A DNA stretch of 64,000 nt, from the NCBI GenBank assembly GCA_036004405.1, contig DASYRM010000065.1, forward strand, positions 5,674 to 69,673, written 5' to 3'. Numbering within the stretch: position 1 is the first letter of the stretch; each line of letters begins with the position of its first letter. Shown one piece after another: positions 28,135-37,927 of the stretch. The notes below the pieces were generated by a model, which saw nothing but the letters and a program-made list of their open reading frames with translations, searched no databases and was not told where the DNA came from. The position numbers and the translations under genes are program-made. Origin of the DNA: Vicinamibacterales bacterium. Its GTDB lineage: Bacteria; Acidobacteriota; Vicinamibacteria; Vicinamibacterales; UBA2999.

Positions 28135-29910
28135 TTGCCGCTGTTCCCCCAGCAATTCGTCGACGACCTGAAGCACCACGCCGACATCGTGGTGGTGATC
28201 GGCGACTACGTGTCGCTGAAGAAGAGTGGCGCCACCTACAAGGGGCTCTGCCCGTTCCACGGCGAGAAGACGCCGTCCTTTCACGTCAACCGCGACAAGG
28301 GCTTCTTCCACTGCTTCGGCTGCGGCGTGGGCGGCGACGTGTTCAAGTTCCTCGAGCTGCACGACAAGGTGGGCTTTGCCGACGCCGTGAAGCAGCTGGC
28401 CGGGCGATTCGGCATGGCGCTGCCCGAGCTCGAACAGAGCGACGAGCAGCGGGCCAGCTCCGCGGAGCGCGAGACGCTGCTCAAGATTCACGAGTCGGCC
28501 GCCGCCTGGTTCCGGCAGCAGCTGGGCACGCCGGCCGCGTCGCGCGCCCAGGCATTGGTGGATTCGCGCGGGGTGACCGCCGCCACCAGCGAAAAGCTCA
28601 ACCTCGGCTTTGCACCGCCCGGTCGGGACCAGCTCAAGCGGGCGCTCCTCGAGCAGGGCTATTCGCAGGCACTCCTCGTCCGGTCCGGTCTGGTGGTGCA
28701 GCGCGATGACGGAACCGTGATCGACCGGTTCCGGAACCGGCTGATGATCCCCATCTGCCGCGATACCGGCGCCGTGATCGCCTTCGGAGGGCGGGCGCTC
28801 GAAGCCGACCAGCAGCCGAAATATTTGAACTCACCTGAAACCCCCATCTATTCCAAGAGTCGAACCTTGTACGGGCTGAACCTGGCCAAGGCGGCCATCC
28901 GCCAGAGCCAGTTCACCGTGATGGTGGAGGGCTACTTCGACTTCGCCCAGGTGTTCCAGGCAGGCGTCCAGAACGTCGTGGCCTCGTGCGGGACGGCGTT
29001 GACGCCTCAGCAGGCGCAATATCTGGCCAGGTTCGCCAAGAAAGTGGTGCTCAGCTTCGACCCGGACGCGGCCGGCCAGGGCGCCACCTTCAAGTCGTGC
29101 GAAATGCTTGTCGAGGAAGGCTTTGAGGTGAACGTGGCGACGCTTCCGGCGAAGCAGGACCCCGACACGTTCATTCAGCGCCAAGGCGGCCACGCCTACG
29201 GTGAACGTTTGAAGGGGTCACAGCCGTATCTTGAGTACCTGCTGGAGCAGGTGGCCGGCCGCCACGACCTGAAGAACGACGAAGGCCGGGTCAAGTTTCT
29301 CGGGGAAATGCTGACCATCGCCGCCCGGATCCCGGATGTCACCATGCGGGATCGTTTTGCGGATCGCCTGGCATTCAAAGCCCAGGTGACCGACGGGGTG
29401 GTGCGCGACGAAATCAGGAAGGCCGCCGTCCAGCGCCAGACCACGATTACCAAACGGGTATTTCCCGGTCTGGCCGCCGCGAGCCTCGGGAACGCGACCA
29501 AGGCCGAGAAAGGCCTCATCTGGCTGCTCGTGCACGACCCAGGGAAAGCCCTGGCTGCACTCGACGAGCTCGAGCCGGCCGACCTGAAGGGGCTGGCGTC
29601 CAGCTCTGTGCTGGATCTCGCGAAGAAACTGAAGGAAAATAGTAAGTTCTCGCCCACACTTTTCCTCGACCACAGCTTGTCTGAGGCGCCGTACATCACC
29701 GGCATCGCGAGCGAGAGCGAACCGCACGTCCATGACGCGACGGAGTGCGTAAGAGAGTTGAAGCGTCGCCGCTACAGCCGCGAGGTGGCAGCGGTGCAAC
29801 AGGAGATCGATCGGCTGCAGCAGAGTGGGGTGCCCGAGACGCCCGGCCAGCTGGACGCGCTCCTGTGGAAGAAGCACGAACTGATTCAGAAGATGCAGGC
29901 GCTGGCCTAG
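28135..29910 (+). CDS. dnaG: DNA primase
   Basis: Zinc finger CPFHGEKTPSFHVNRDKGFFHCFGCGVGGD and a TOPRIM region (VMVEGYFD..SFDPDAAG). TTG start at 28135. Confidence 0.95.
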   Translation: MPLFPQQFVDDLKHHADIVVVIGDYVSLKKSGATYKGLCPFHGEKTPSFHVNRDKGFFHCFGCGVGGDVFKFLELHDKVGFADAVKQLAGRFGMALPELEQSDEQRASSAERETLLKIHESAAAWFRQQLGTPAASRAQALVDSRGVTAATSEKLNLGFAPPGRDQLKRALLEQGYSQALLVRSGLVVQRDDGTVIDRFRNRLMIPICRDTGAVIAFGGRALEADQQPKYLNSPETPIYSKSRTLYGLNLAKAAIRQSQFTVMVEGYFDFAQVFQAGVQNVVASCGTALTPQQAQYLARFAKKVVLSFDPDAAGQGATFKSCEMLVEEGFEVNVATLPAKQDPDTFIQRQGGHAYGERLKGSQPYLEYLLEQVAGRHDLKNDEGRVKFLGEMLTIAARIPDVTMRDRFADRLAFKAQVTDGVVRDEIRKAAVQRQTTITKRVFPGLAAASLGNATKAEKGLIWLLVHDPGKALAALDELEPADLKGLASSSVLDLAKKLKENSKFSPTLFLDHSLSEAPYITGIASESEPHVHDATECVRELKRRRYSREVAAVQQEIDRLQQSGVPETPGQLDALLWKKHELIQKMQALA

Positions 29911-29934
29911 ACGCCGGCGCCAAGGAGCACGCCC

Positions 29935-31635
<1,701 letters not shown>

Positions 31636-31696
31636 CGTACGTGGGGCCACCTTCAGGTGACCCGTCTGCGTAGGAGCCGCCTTCAGGCGGCCCGTC
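31636..31696. repeat. two tandem REP-like hairpin units immediately after the rpoD stop
   Basis: The units are cgtacgtGGGGCCACCttcaGGTGACCCgtct and tgcgtaggaGCCGCCttcaGGCGGCccgtc. The second differs by 1 nt from the reverse complement of the 38.3-kb units over 28 nt. Confidence 0.75.
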
Positions 31697-31714
31697 TTCT
31701 GTACAATCCCTCCG

Positions 31715-31790
31715 GGGCCCGTAGCTCAGTGGTTAGAGCGGCCGGCTCATAATCGGTTGGTCCCTGGTTCGAATCCAGGCGGGCCCACCA
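31715..31790 (+). tRNA. tRNA-Met (anticodon CAU), elongator type; tRNA-Ile2 (lysidine) cannot be excluded
   Basis: Manual cloverleaf: acceptor GGGCCCG/CGGGCCC, D arm GCTC-AGTGGTTA-GAGC, anticodon arm GCCGG-CTCATAA-TCGGT, T arm CCTGG-TTCGAAT-CCAGG, discriminator A, encoded CCA. The G1-C72 pair argues against an initiator tRNA. Confidence 0.9.
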
Positions 31791-31869
31791 ACCTGCACCA
31801 GCACACGGAGGTTTGCCATCAGTTTCATCTGGCAAACCCTCGGTGTGCTCTGATGTTGGTGGGCCCGCC
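31778..31869. repeat. 91-nt imperfect palindrome that includes the 3' acceptor strand and CCA of the tRNA
   Basis: ggcgggcccaccaac (31778-31792) is the exact reverse complement of gttggtgggcccgcc (31855-31869). The inner stem pairs agcacacggaggtttgcca with tggcaaaccctcggtgtgct (18 bp, one mismatch, one bulge) around an 11-nt loop. Confidence 0.8.
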
Positions 31870-31890
31870 ACGGCGGGCTCTATTCCTTTT
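31863..31890 (+). terminator. candidate intrinsic terminator downstream of the tRNA
   Basis: GCCCGC-cacg-GCGGGC is followed by tctattcctttt, a T-rich tract. Confidence 0.5.
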
Positions 31891-31937
31891 GCGCCGTTGG
31901 CTCCGCCAACGACGCGGGCCCGCAGGCGGGACGCTAT

Positions 31938-32780
31938 TTATCTTGCACGGACGAAGGTCATGTCCGTGGTATTTCCGTGCGCCTGGCTGTCCACCGGAAC
32001 CAGACCGCTGCGTTTCAGCGTCTCCAGGATCCGTCGACCGCTCGAGGAGCTGTCACGCGCCTCGATATGGATCTCGCGGAGCTCGGGCCTCTGCAGGGTC
32101 CGGGCAGCCCCGGCAAGGATATCCTCCGAGAGTCCGGGCACATCGATCTTGATGTAGCGCGGACACGGCAAGCCGTGTTCTTCGACGAGTTGGTCCATCG
32201 AGAAGATCAGCGCCGCCTGTCTGCCGCGGTAGCCACGGTGTTCCTTGTTCCGGAAGCCGAAGGAGTCCGCAGGAGCGAACTGCGACACCTCGAGGGTGGC
32301 CAGCGAGTTGTGATGGCCAAGACCTGCCAGCAGACACTGCACCCGGTCGTCGAAGCCGTTGGCCTCGCAGTTTGCCGTGAGCAGAAAGTAGTTCACGGCG
32401 GCGGGCTCGAACGCGACCACCCTGGTATCGCCGCGAAGCGCGGCATACAGCGTGTACACGCCAACGTTCGCGCCGACGTCCCAGAACACGCTGCCAGGTT
32501 CGAACCGGTCGATCCAGTCGATGGTCAACGGCTGCTTGGTCAGCATCGTCATGCCGCGGCCGGCGCCGCTCCGGCCCAGCGTGACGAACGACAGCTTCCC
32601 TTGCGGCGTCTCCATCGTCACCGTCGTCGAGAGGAGCACTTGCGTGAGATGGCCCTGCAGGCGGGCGCGCACGGAATCCGGCAGGAGCTGCAGCCGGTAG
32701 AGCAACAGCTTGAACTGTTTCTTGATGTAGGTGACCTCTGGATCCTCGGGCTCTTCCTGTTCGTCTGCGCGTTTGACCAT
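31938..32780 (-). CDS. FkbM-family methyltransferase
   Basis: FWDVGANVGVYTLYAA..VVAFEP and KIDVPGLSEDIL are FkbM-type motifs. The start was chosen at ATG 32780 (MVKRADEQ). The 12 codons above it, up to ATG 32816, use AT-ending codons atypical of this genome. Track ORF 31938..33566 is a chimeric over-extension. Confidence 0.8.
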   Translation of the reverse strand: MVKRADEQEEPEDPEVTYIKKQFKLLLYRLQLLPDSVRARLQGHLTQVLLSTTVTMETPQGKLSFVTLGRSGAGRGMTMLTKQPLTIDWIDRFEPGSVFWDVGANVGVYTLYAALRGDTRVVAFEPAAVNYFLLTANCEANGFDDRVQCLLAGLGHHNSLATLEVSQFAPADSFGFRNKEHRGYRGRQAALIFSMDQLVEEHGLPCPRYIKIDVPGLSEDILAGAARTLQRPELREIHIEARDSSSSGRRILETLKRSGLVPVDSQAHGNTTDMTFVRAR

Positions 32781-32897
32781 CAGAGGAGTACTACAATAGC
32801 GGGCCGACCGGGTCATGTCGAACTCGACCGGGTCGGTGGATGTGTCTCTGGTAATTCCTGTCCTCCCTCGGCACCAAGGCGGATAAACTGAAAAGCG

Positions 32898-33644
32898 ATG
32901 TCGCCCGAGCTCGAACGACTGATCCAGCTGCAACACCTCGAATCCGCCATGGCCGAGGCCCGTGCGCGGATTGCGGCCCACCCGCAACTCCTGGCCGAGG
33001 CCGATGCCAGGCTCGCCGAAGCCGACCGCGTCGTGCAGGAGGCGACGCAGCACCTCAAGGACGCCCAGGACGCGCGGCGCGACAGTGAGAAAGACGCCGC
33101 CGTCTACCAGGGCCGCCTCACCAAGTTCAAGGACCAGCTCTCCGCCGTCAAAACCAACCGCGAATACCAGGCCATGCAGCACGAAATCGAGACCGCGCAG
33201 AAAGATCTGAGCGCGGCCGAGGAGAAGGTGCTCGAGCGCATGATGGAGATCGACCAGCTGACGGCCGACGTCAAGCAGGCCGAGACGACCAGAGCGGCGC
33301 AGAAGAAGACGGTGGACGCCGACAAGGCGGTGCTGACCACGGAGCTGGCCGCGGAAGAAAAGCGCCTGGCCGAGAAGACGGCGGAGCGGACGGCGCTCGT
33401 GGGGTCGCTCGAGCCGCGGTTGATGGCGCTCTTCGAGCAGGTCGCCAAGGTGCGCAAAGGCGTCGCGCTCTCGATGGCCACTCGAGACGGTCTCTGCTCG
33501 GCCTGCCACGTGCGCATGCGTCCGCAGGTGTTCCAGCAGGTGCGGCAGAACGACAGCGTCCTGCAATGCGACAGCTGCCAGCGGATCCTCTACTGGGTGC
33601 CCCCGCCCGCACCGAGCCCGCCGCCCGTCACCATCGGATCATGA
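32898..33644 (+). CDS. coiled-coil protein with C-terminal C4 zinc ribbon (DUF164/COG1579-like)
   Basis: A long heptad-like N-terminal region is followed by CSACHVRMRPQ...CDSCQRILY. Confidence 0.8.
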   Translation: MSPELERLIQLQHLESAMAEARARIAAHPQLLAEADARLAEADRVVQEATQHLKDAQDARRDSEKDAAVYQGRLTKFKDQLSAVKTNREYQAMQHEIETAQKDLSAAEEKVLERMMEIDQLTADVKQAETTRAAQKKTVDADKAVLTTELAAEEKRLAEKTAERTALVGSLEPRLMALFEQVAKVRKGVALSMATRDGLCSACHVRMRPQVFQQVRQNDSVLQCDSCQRILYWVPPPAPSPPPVTIGS

Positions 33645-33654
33645 ACGGCGTCTC

Positions 33655-34062
33655 GTGAGCTCCGCCACCGCCCACGTGGACGGCGGCTCGCGCGGCAATC
33701 CCGGTCCCGCAGGCTACGGCGTGCACATCACGCGCGACGACGGCTCCATCGTCGATCTCAAGCAGTCGATCGGTGTGGCCACCAACAACATCGCCGAATA
33801 CAACGGCCTCGTCGCGGCGCTCCGCTGGGCCGTAGAGCAGGGTGTGCGCGTGCTGCACGTCAAGGCGGACTCGGAGCTGATGATCAAGCAGATGCGCGGG
33901 GAGTACCGCGTGAAGAACCCCGGACTGCAACCGCTGTACGAAGAGGCCCGCCGGCTCGCCAGACAACTCGAGCGAGTGAGATTCGAGCACGTGCGGCGCG
34001 AATTCAACCAGGACGCCGACCGGCTGGCCAACGAAGCGATGGACGAGGCCTCGCCGTCCTGA
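33655..34062 (+). CDS. rnhA: ribonuclease HI family protein
   Basis: Contains HVDGGSRGNPGPAGYG, NNIAEYNGL and NQDADRLAN, covering the DEDD catalytic positions. GTG start at 33655. Confidence 0.9.
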   Translation: MSSATAHVDGGSRGNPGPAGYGVHITRDDGSIVDLKQSIGVATNNIAEYNGLVAALRWAVEQGVRVLHVKADSELMIKQMRGEYRVKNPGLQPLYEEARRLARQLERVRFEHVRREFNQDADRLANEAMDEASPS

Positions 34063-34207
34063 TCCCCTGTTCGGGGCCCCCAGTTCCCTCTGGCCACCAC
34101 GCTCACGGCCACCGGACTTTTCGCCGGCCAGACCGTCACGTTCCCGTTCGACGAGCTCGCCAGGCCCGCGCGCCAGGCGCTGTCCGGCTGCTTCCGCTGA
34201 CGTGGCA

Positions 34208-34225
34208 GCGGGCCCTCAGGCCCGC
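34208..34225. repeat. GC hairpin GCGGGCC-CTCA-GGCCCGC, with the pgeF stop codon in its loop
   Basis: 7-bp perfect stem read directly from the sequence. The TGA of pgeF (34218..34216, minus strand) lies in the loop. Confidence 0.5.
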
Positions 34226-35004
34226 CCGCACCGGATCGCGGCCACCAGCCGCCCTGCCTGCTCCTTCTCAGCGCGGTACGACGTCAGCACGTCGAGGTGC
34301 ATGGCGGTGCAGAGGCCGGACAGGTGCACCTGTTCCTCGGGAACGCCGGCCAGCATCAGCTGATCGCGGTTGGCGCCCGCCACGTCGAGGCGCAGCGGAT
34401 TCCGCGCCCGCGATCCGCGCGGCGGCGGCGTGGACGTGAACCAGCGATCGATCAGGTGGCGCGCGTAGCCGGCGGACGCGAAGGCGTCCACCAGCTCGGG
34501 TCCCACCTCGTAACAGCAGACGCCGATGCTCGGCCCGATCGCCGCCACCAGGTCTTCGGGCCGCGCTCCGAACTCCTCCCCCAGCGCGCCGACGGCAGCC
34601 CCGGCGGCGCCGGCGCAGGTGCCGCGCCAGCCAGCGTGCACGGCCGCCACCGCGCCCGTCTCCCGATCGGCAATCAGAATCGGCACGCAGTCGGCGGCGC
34701 GCACCGCGACCGCTACCTCGGGGGCATTCGACACCAGGATGTCAGCCTCGGGCCGATCGCCGGCCGCAAGGGGGTCGCCGCCCCTCACCGCCACATGGGC
34801 CCGGCCGTGCACCTGATTCACCTGCACGAGGCGCCGCGCGCCGAGCGAGGCCGTCAGCGCGGCGGCCTGCGTGTCCGACGACAACTCCAGTTGACGGGTG
34901 GAGAACAGGTGCGGCGCGACGCCGTCGAGCGCGCGGCAGCGCAGCGCATGTCCCCACGGCGCGTCGATCCAATAGAAGGGCTCGGGAACGGCGGGAAGCG
35001 TCAT
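34216..35004 (-). CDS. pgeF: peptidoglycan editing factor PgeF / YfiH (laccase-domain) family
   Basis: Contains NQVHG, ADCVPIL, AVHAGWRG and CCYEVG. The start was set at ATG 35004 (MTLPAVPEPFYW) so that the gene does not overlap the divergent acpS. Confidence 0.88.
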   Translation of the reverse strand: MTLPAVPEPFYWIDAPWGHALRCRALDGVAPHLFSTRQLELSSDTQAAALTASLGARRLVQVNQVHGRAHVAVRGGDPLAAGDRPEADILVSNAPEVAVAVRAADCVPILIADRETGAVAAVHAGWRGTCAGAAGAAVGALGEEFGARPEDLVAAIGPSIGVCCYEVGPELVDAFASAGYARHLIDRWFTSTPPPRGSRARNPLRLDVAGANRDQLMLAGVPEEQVHLSGLCTAMHLDVLTSYRAEKEQAGRLVAAIRCGRA

Positions 35005-35023
35005 GTAGGATCGGGGCGAGCCC

Positions 35024-35404
35024 ATGGACATTATAGGGAGCGGCATGGACGCCATGGAGATCCAGCGGATTGCCGACAGCCTCGAGCGCTACGGCGACCG
35101 CTTCCTCCGCCACGTTTTCACCGAAGGCGAAATTGCCTATTGCCGCCGCAAGCGCGACTTCGCCTCGTCGTTTGCGGCCCGCTTTGCCGCCAAGGAAGCG
35201 GCGATGAAGGCGCTCGGCACCGGCTTCTCGCGCGGCGTCTACTGGAGCGGCATCGAGGTCGTGCGGCGTCACGGGCCGCCGCAACTGCAGTTTCACGCCG
35301 GCGCGCTCGAACGCTTCCAGGCGCTGGGCGCCACCAGCTCGCTGCTGACGCTCACGCACTCCCGCGAGTTGTCGATCGCTCACGTGCTGCTGATGCGCGA
35401 TTGA
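35024..35404 (+). CDS. acpS: holo-[acyl-carrier-protein] synthase
   Basis: Contains GMDAMEIQRI, FTEGEIAYC, FAAKEAAMKALG and LTLTHSRELS, in the usual AcpS order. Confidence 0.9.
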   Translation: MDIIGSGMDAMEIQRIADSLERYGDRFLRHVFTEGEIAYCRRKRDFASSFAARFAAKEAAMKALGTGFSRGVYWSGIEVVRRHGPPQLQFHAGALERFQALGATSSLLTLTHSRELSIAHVLLMRD

Positions 35405-35513
35405 GCGCGCGGCACCAAAGCCCCTTCCTGCCGCCACTTGTGGCAACAGTCTCGACACGCCGCGGCCGGAGCGCGGCTTGCGTTCCCCTGGGCGACAACC
35501 CGCGGAGGACGCC

Positions 35514-35825
35514 ATGGACATCACGATCATTCCGAACGAGAACACGAATGCGCCGGCCGGCAAGCTGGCCGACGCCGAGCTGCACTTCACCGACGGCGCC
35601 CTCGAGGGCTTGAAGCTGATCGGCTTTGGCGTGTGGGAAGGCCGGGGAGGCGGCAACGGACGGCTCAACGTCACGTTTCCGTCCCGCCAGTACACGGTCA
35701 ACGGCGAGCGGCGCAACTTCGCGCTCCTTCGCGCCGTCACCGACGGCGCCGCGCAGGACCGCCTGCGACAGCTCATCCTGCAGGCATACGCGGACCATCA
35801 GCAGCGCATGGCACTCGCAAGCTGA
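35514..35825 (+). CDS. small hypothetical protein, SpoVG-like pattern (tentative)
   Basis: ATG 35514 follows GGAGGA. The pattern GKL.A.AELHF..G.L.GLKLIGFGVWEG...G.LNVTFPSRQ...GERR resembles the SpoVG layout. The assignment is by eye only. Confidence 0.5.
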   Translation: MDITIIPNENTNAPAGKLADAELHFTDGALEGLKLIGFGVWEGRGGGNGRLNVTFPSRQYTVNGERRNFALLRAVTDGAAQDRLRQLILQAYADHQQRMALAS

Positions 35826-35847
35826 CCGGAGCGCCTAAAATGAGCGC

Positions 35848-37728
35848 ATGACATTCCGTGTCCGCACGTTCTGGACCGCCGTCTGCGTCGCCGTCCTCTC
35901 GCTCGCCGCGGTCGCGCAGGAGCGCGACCGCGCGAAAATTCCCGAGAAGTTCAGGTGGGACCTCGGCGACATCTATCGCAACGAGGCCGCCTGGCGCGCC
36001 GCCAAGGACAAGCTGGCCGCCGACATCCCGGCACTCGGCTCCTTCAGGAGCAAGCTGACGGGCTCGCCGGCCGCCCTGGCCGACGCGCTCGACCGGATCT
36101 ACGGCGCGAGCCAGGAGCTGGGGCGACTCTACTCGTATGCGAGCCTGGTGGCCGATCAGAACACGCGGATCAGCGCCAACCAGGGGATGCGCCAGGAGAT
36201 GGTGCAGGTGGCCGCCGCGTTCAGCGCCGCCACGTCGTACGTCGACCCCGAAATCCTCAAAGCCGGCAAAGCGACGATCGAGCAGTACGTCGCCACCGAA
36301 CCGCGGCTCAAGCCGTACCGGATGCGCCTCGACAACGTCCTCCGCCGCGCGGCCCACACGTTGAGCGAGAGCGAGGAGCGGCTGCTGGCCGATGCCCAGC
36401 CGATGGCGGGCAGCGCCGGCAACGTGTTCGGGATCCTCGCCAACGCCGACTTCCCGTATCCGACCGTGACGCTCTCGGACGGGAAGCAGGTGCGGCTCGA
36501 CGCCTCGGGATATCAGAGCACCCGAGCCCTGCCCAACCGCGCCGACCGCGAGAAGGTGATGTCGGCGTACTTCAAGGCCGTGGGCGGCTTCAGCGGGACG
36601 TTCGGCTCCACCATGAACGCCGAGGCGCAGAAGGTCCTTTTCTACGCCAAGGCGCGGCGCTACCCCACCGCGCTCGAAAGCGAGCTCGACGGGCCGAACA
36701 TCCCAGTGTCGGTCTATTCGCGTCTGGTCGAAGGCGTCAACCGCAACCTGGCGTCGTTCCACCGCTACTTGGCTCTCCGCAAGCGGATGATGGGGGTCTC
36801 CGAGCTGCACTACTACGACCTCTACGCACCGCTGGTGGCGTCGGTCAAGCTCGAATACACGCCGGAGGACGCGCAGAAGATCGTGCTCGCCGCCGTCGCG
36901 CCGCTCGGCCCCGATTACGTGGCGACGATCCGCCGCGCGTTCGACGACCGGTGGATCGACCTCCTGCCAAACGACGGCAAGCGCTCGGGCGCCTACTCGA
37001 ACGACGTGTTCGGCGTGCACCCGTACATGCTGATCAACTACACCGGGCAGTACAACGACGTCAGCACGCTGGCGCACGAGCTCGGTCACACGATGCAGAG
37101 CTATCTCTCGGACAAGGCGCAGCCCTATCCCACCGCGGACTACCCGATCTTCGTCGCCGAGGTGGCGTCCACCTTCAACGAAGCGCTGCTCAATGACTAC
37201 CTGCTGAAACAGATCAAGGACGACGACGCGCGGCTGTCGATCCTGGGTGGCTACCTCGAGAACATCAAGGGCACGGTGTTCCGCCAGACGCAGTTCGCCG
37301 AGTTCGAACTGCGCCTCCACCAGATGGCGCAGAACGGGCAGTCGATCACCGGCGAGGCGCTGGCGAAGTTGTATCTCGACATCACGCGACGCTACTACGG
37401 CCACGACAAGGGCGTCGCGGTGGTGGACGACTACATCGCCCACGAGTGGAGCGTGGTCCCGCACTTCTACAGCGACTTCTACGTGTTCCAGTACGCCACG
37501 TCCTTCACCGCGTCCGAGGCGCTCGCGGCCAAGGTCAAGTCGGGCGACGCCGCGGCCACCAGGCGCTACCTCTCGTTCCTCGGCGCCGGCGGATCGAAAT
37601 ACCCGATCGACCTCCTCAAGGACGCCGGCGTGGACATGACCACCGACGAGCCGCTCAACCTCACGATCCAGTCGATGAACCGCGTGATGGACGAGATGGA
37701 GAAGATCCTGGCCGCCAAGGGCCGTTGA
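35848..37728 (+). CDS. pepF: M3B family oligoendopeptidase F, secreted
   Basis: Signal peptide MTFRVRTFWTAVCVAVLSLAAVAQE. Zinc motif HELGHTMQS with a downstream E (FVAEVAST). Confidence 0.9.
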   Translation: MTFRVRTFWTAVCVAVLSLAAVAQERDRAKIPEKFRWDLGDIYRNEAAWRAAKDKLAADIPALGSFRSKLTGSPAALADALDRIYGASQELGRLYSYASLVADQNTRISANQGMRQEMVQVAAAFSAATSYVDPEILKAGKATIEQYVATEPRLKPYRMRLDNVLRRAAHTLSESEERLLADAQPMAGSAGNVFGILANADFPYPTVTLSDGKQVRLDASGYQSTRALPNRADREKVMSAYFKAVGGFSGTFGSTMNAEAQKVLFYAKARRYPTALESELDGPNIPVSVYSRLVEGVNRNLASFHRYLALRKRMMGVSELHYYDLYAPLVASVKLEYTPEDAQKIVLAAVAPLGPDYVATIRRAFDDRWIDLLPNDGKRSGAYSNDVFGVHPYMLINYTGQYNDVSTLAHELGHTMQSYLSDKAQPYPTADYPIFVAEVASTFNEALLNDYLLKQIKDDDARLSILGGYLENIKGTVFRQTQFAEFELRLHQMAQNGQSITGEALAKLYLDITRRYYGHDKGVAVVDDYIAHEWSVVPHFYSDFYVFQYATSFTASEALAAKVKSGDAAATRRYLSFLGAGGSKYPIDLLKDAGVDMTTDEPLNLTIQSMNRVMDEMEKILAAKGR

Positions 37729-37769
37729 TTCGTACGTGGCTGCCGGTCTCTAACGCTCCGTTTCTGCCT

Positions 37770-37927
37770 CACGGACGGCAAGAGAGTTCTGTGCGGCCTC
37801 CGGCTCGACGCCGCGGAAGAACTCCTCGCGCGCAGCCTCCGGGGAAGGCTGCGCCTCGTCGTTCTTCATCTGTCGCTGGCGCTCGCGGCGCTCGCAGTCG
37901 GCCTACAGAACTCTCTCGCCGTCCGTG
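37770..37927. repeat. 158-bp imperfect palindrome (MITE-like or long hairpin)
   Basis: The terminal arms are cacggacggcaagagagttctgt (37770-37792) and acagaactctctcgccgtccgtg (37905-37927), 22/23 complementary. Inner complementary blocks are gaagaac/gttcttc and gcgcagcc/ggctgcgc (37830-37854). Confidence 0.75.

Noticed and set aside
25708-28491. 927-aa minus-strand ORF covering the mutS2 region
   Set aside because: It is antisense to a gene with unmistakable MutS2 motifs (Walker A, Smr). Its translation is Arg/Ala/Gly/His/Leu-rich with no recognisable motif. This is a typical stop-poor antisense frame in high-GC DNA.
31757-32157. ORFs 31757..32152 and 31813..32157 downstream of or overlapping the tRNA
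   Set aside because: They start inside the tRNA or its trailer hairpins and run antisense into the FkbM gene. They are Arg/Pro-rich with no coding bias.
31938-33566. 542-aa minus-strand ORF
   Set aside because: It is a chimera. Only the C-terminal ~280 aa are the FkbM methyltransferase. The upstream part is antisense to the zinc-ribbon gene and crosses the intergenic region.
34060-34062. TGA of rnhA as a selenocysteine codon
   Set aside because: No SECIS-like hairpin follows immediately downstream. The nearest strong hairpin is about 145 nt away and belongs to the REP-like family. RNase H is not a known selenoprotein. The read-through or mutation alternatives are retained as a finding.
35773-37464. 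563-aa minus-strand ORF opposite the M3 peptidase gene
   Set aside because: The plus strand has the signal peptide and the HELGH zinc site. The antisense ORF is low-complexity.
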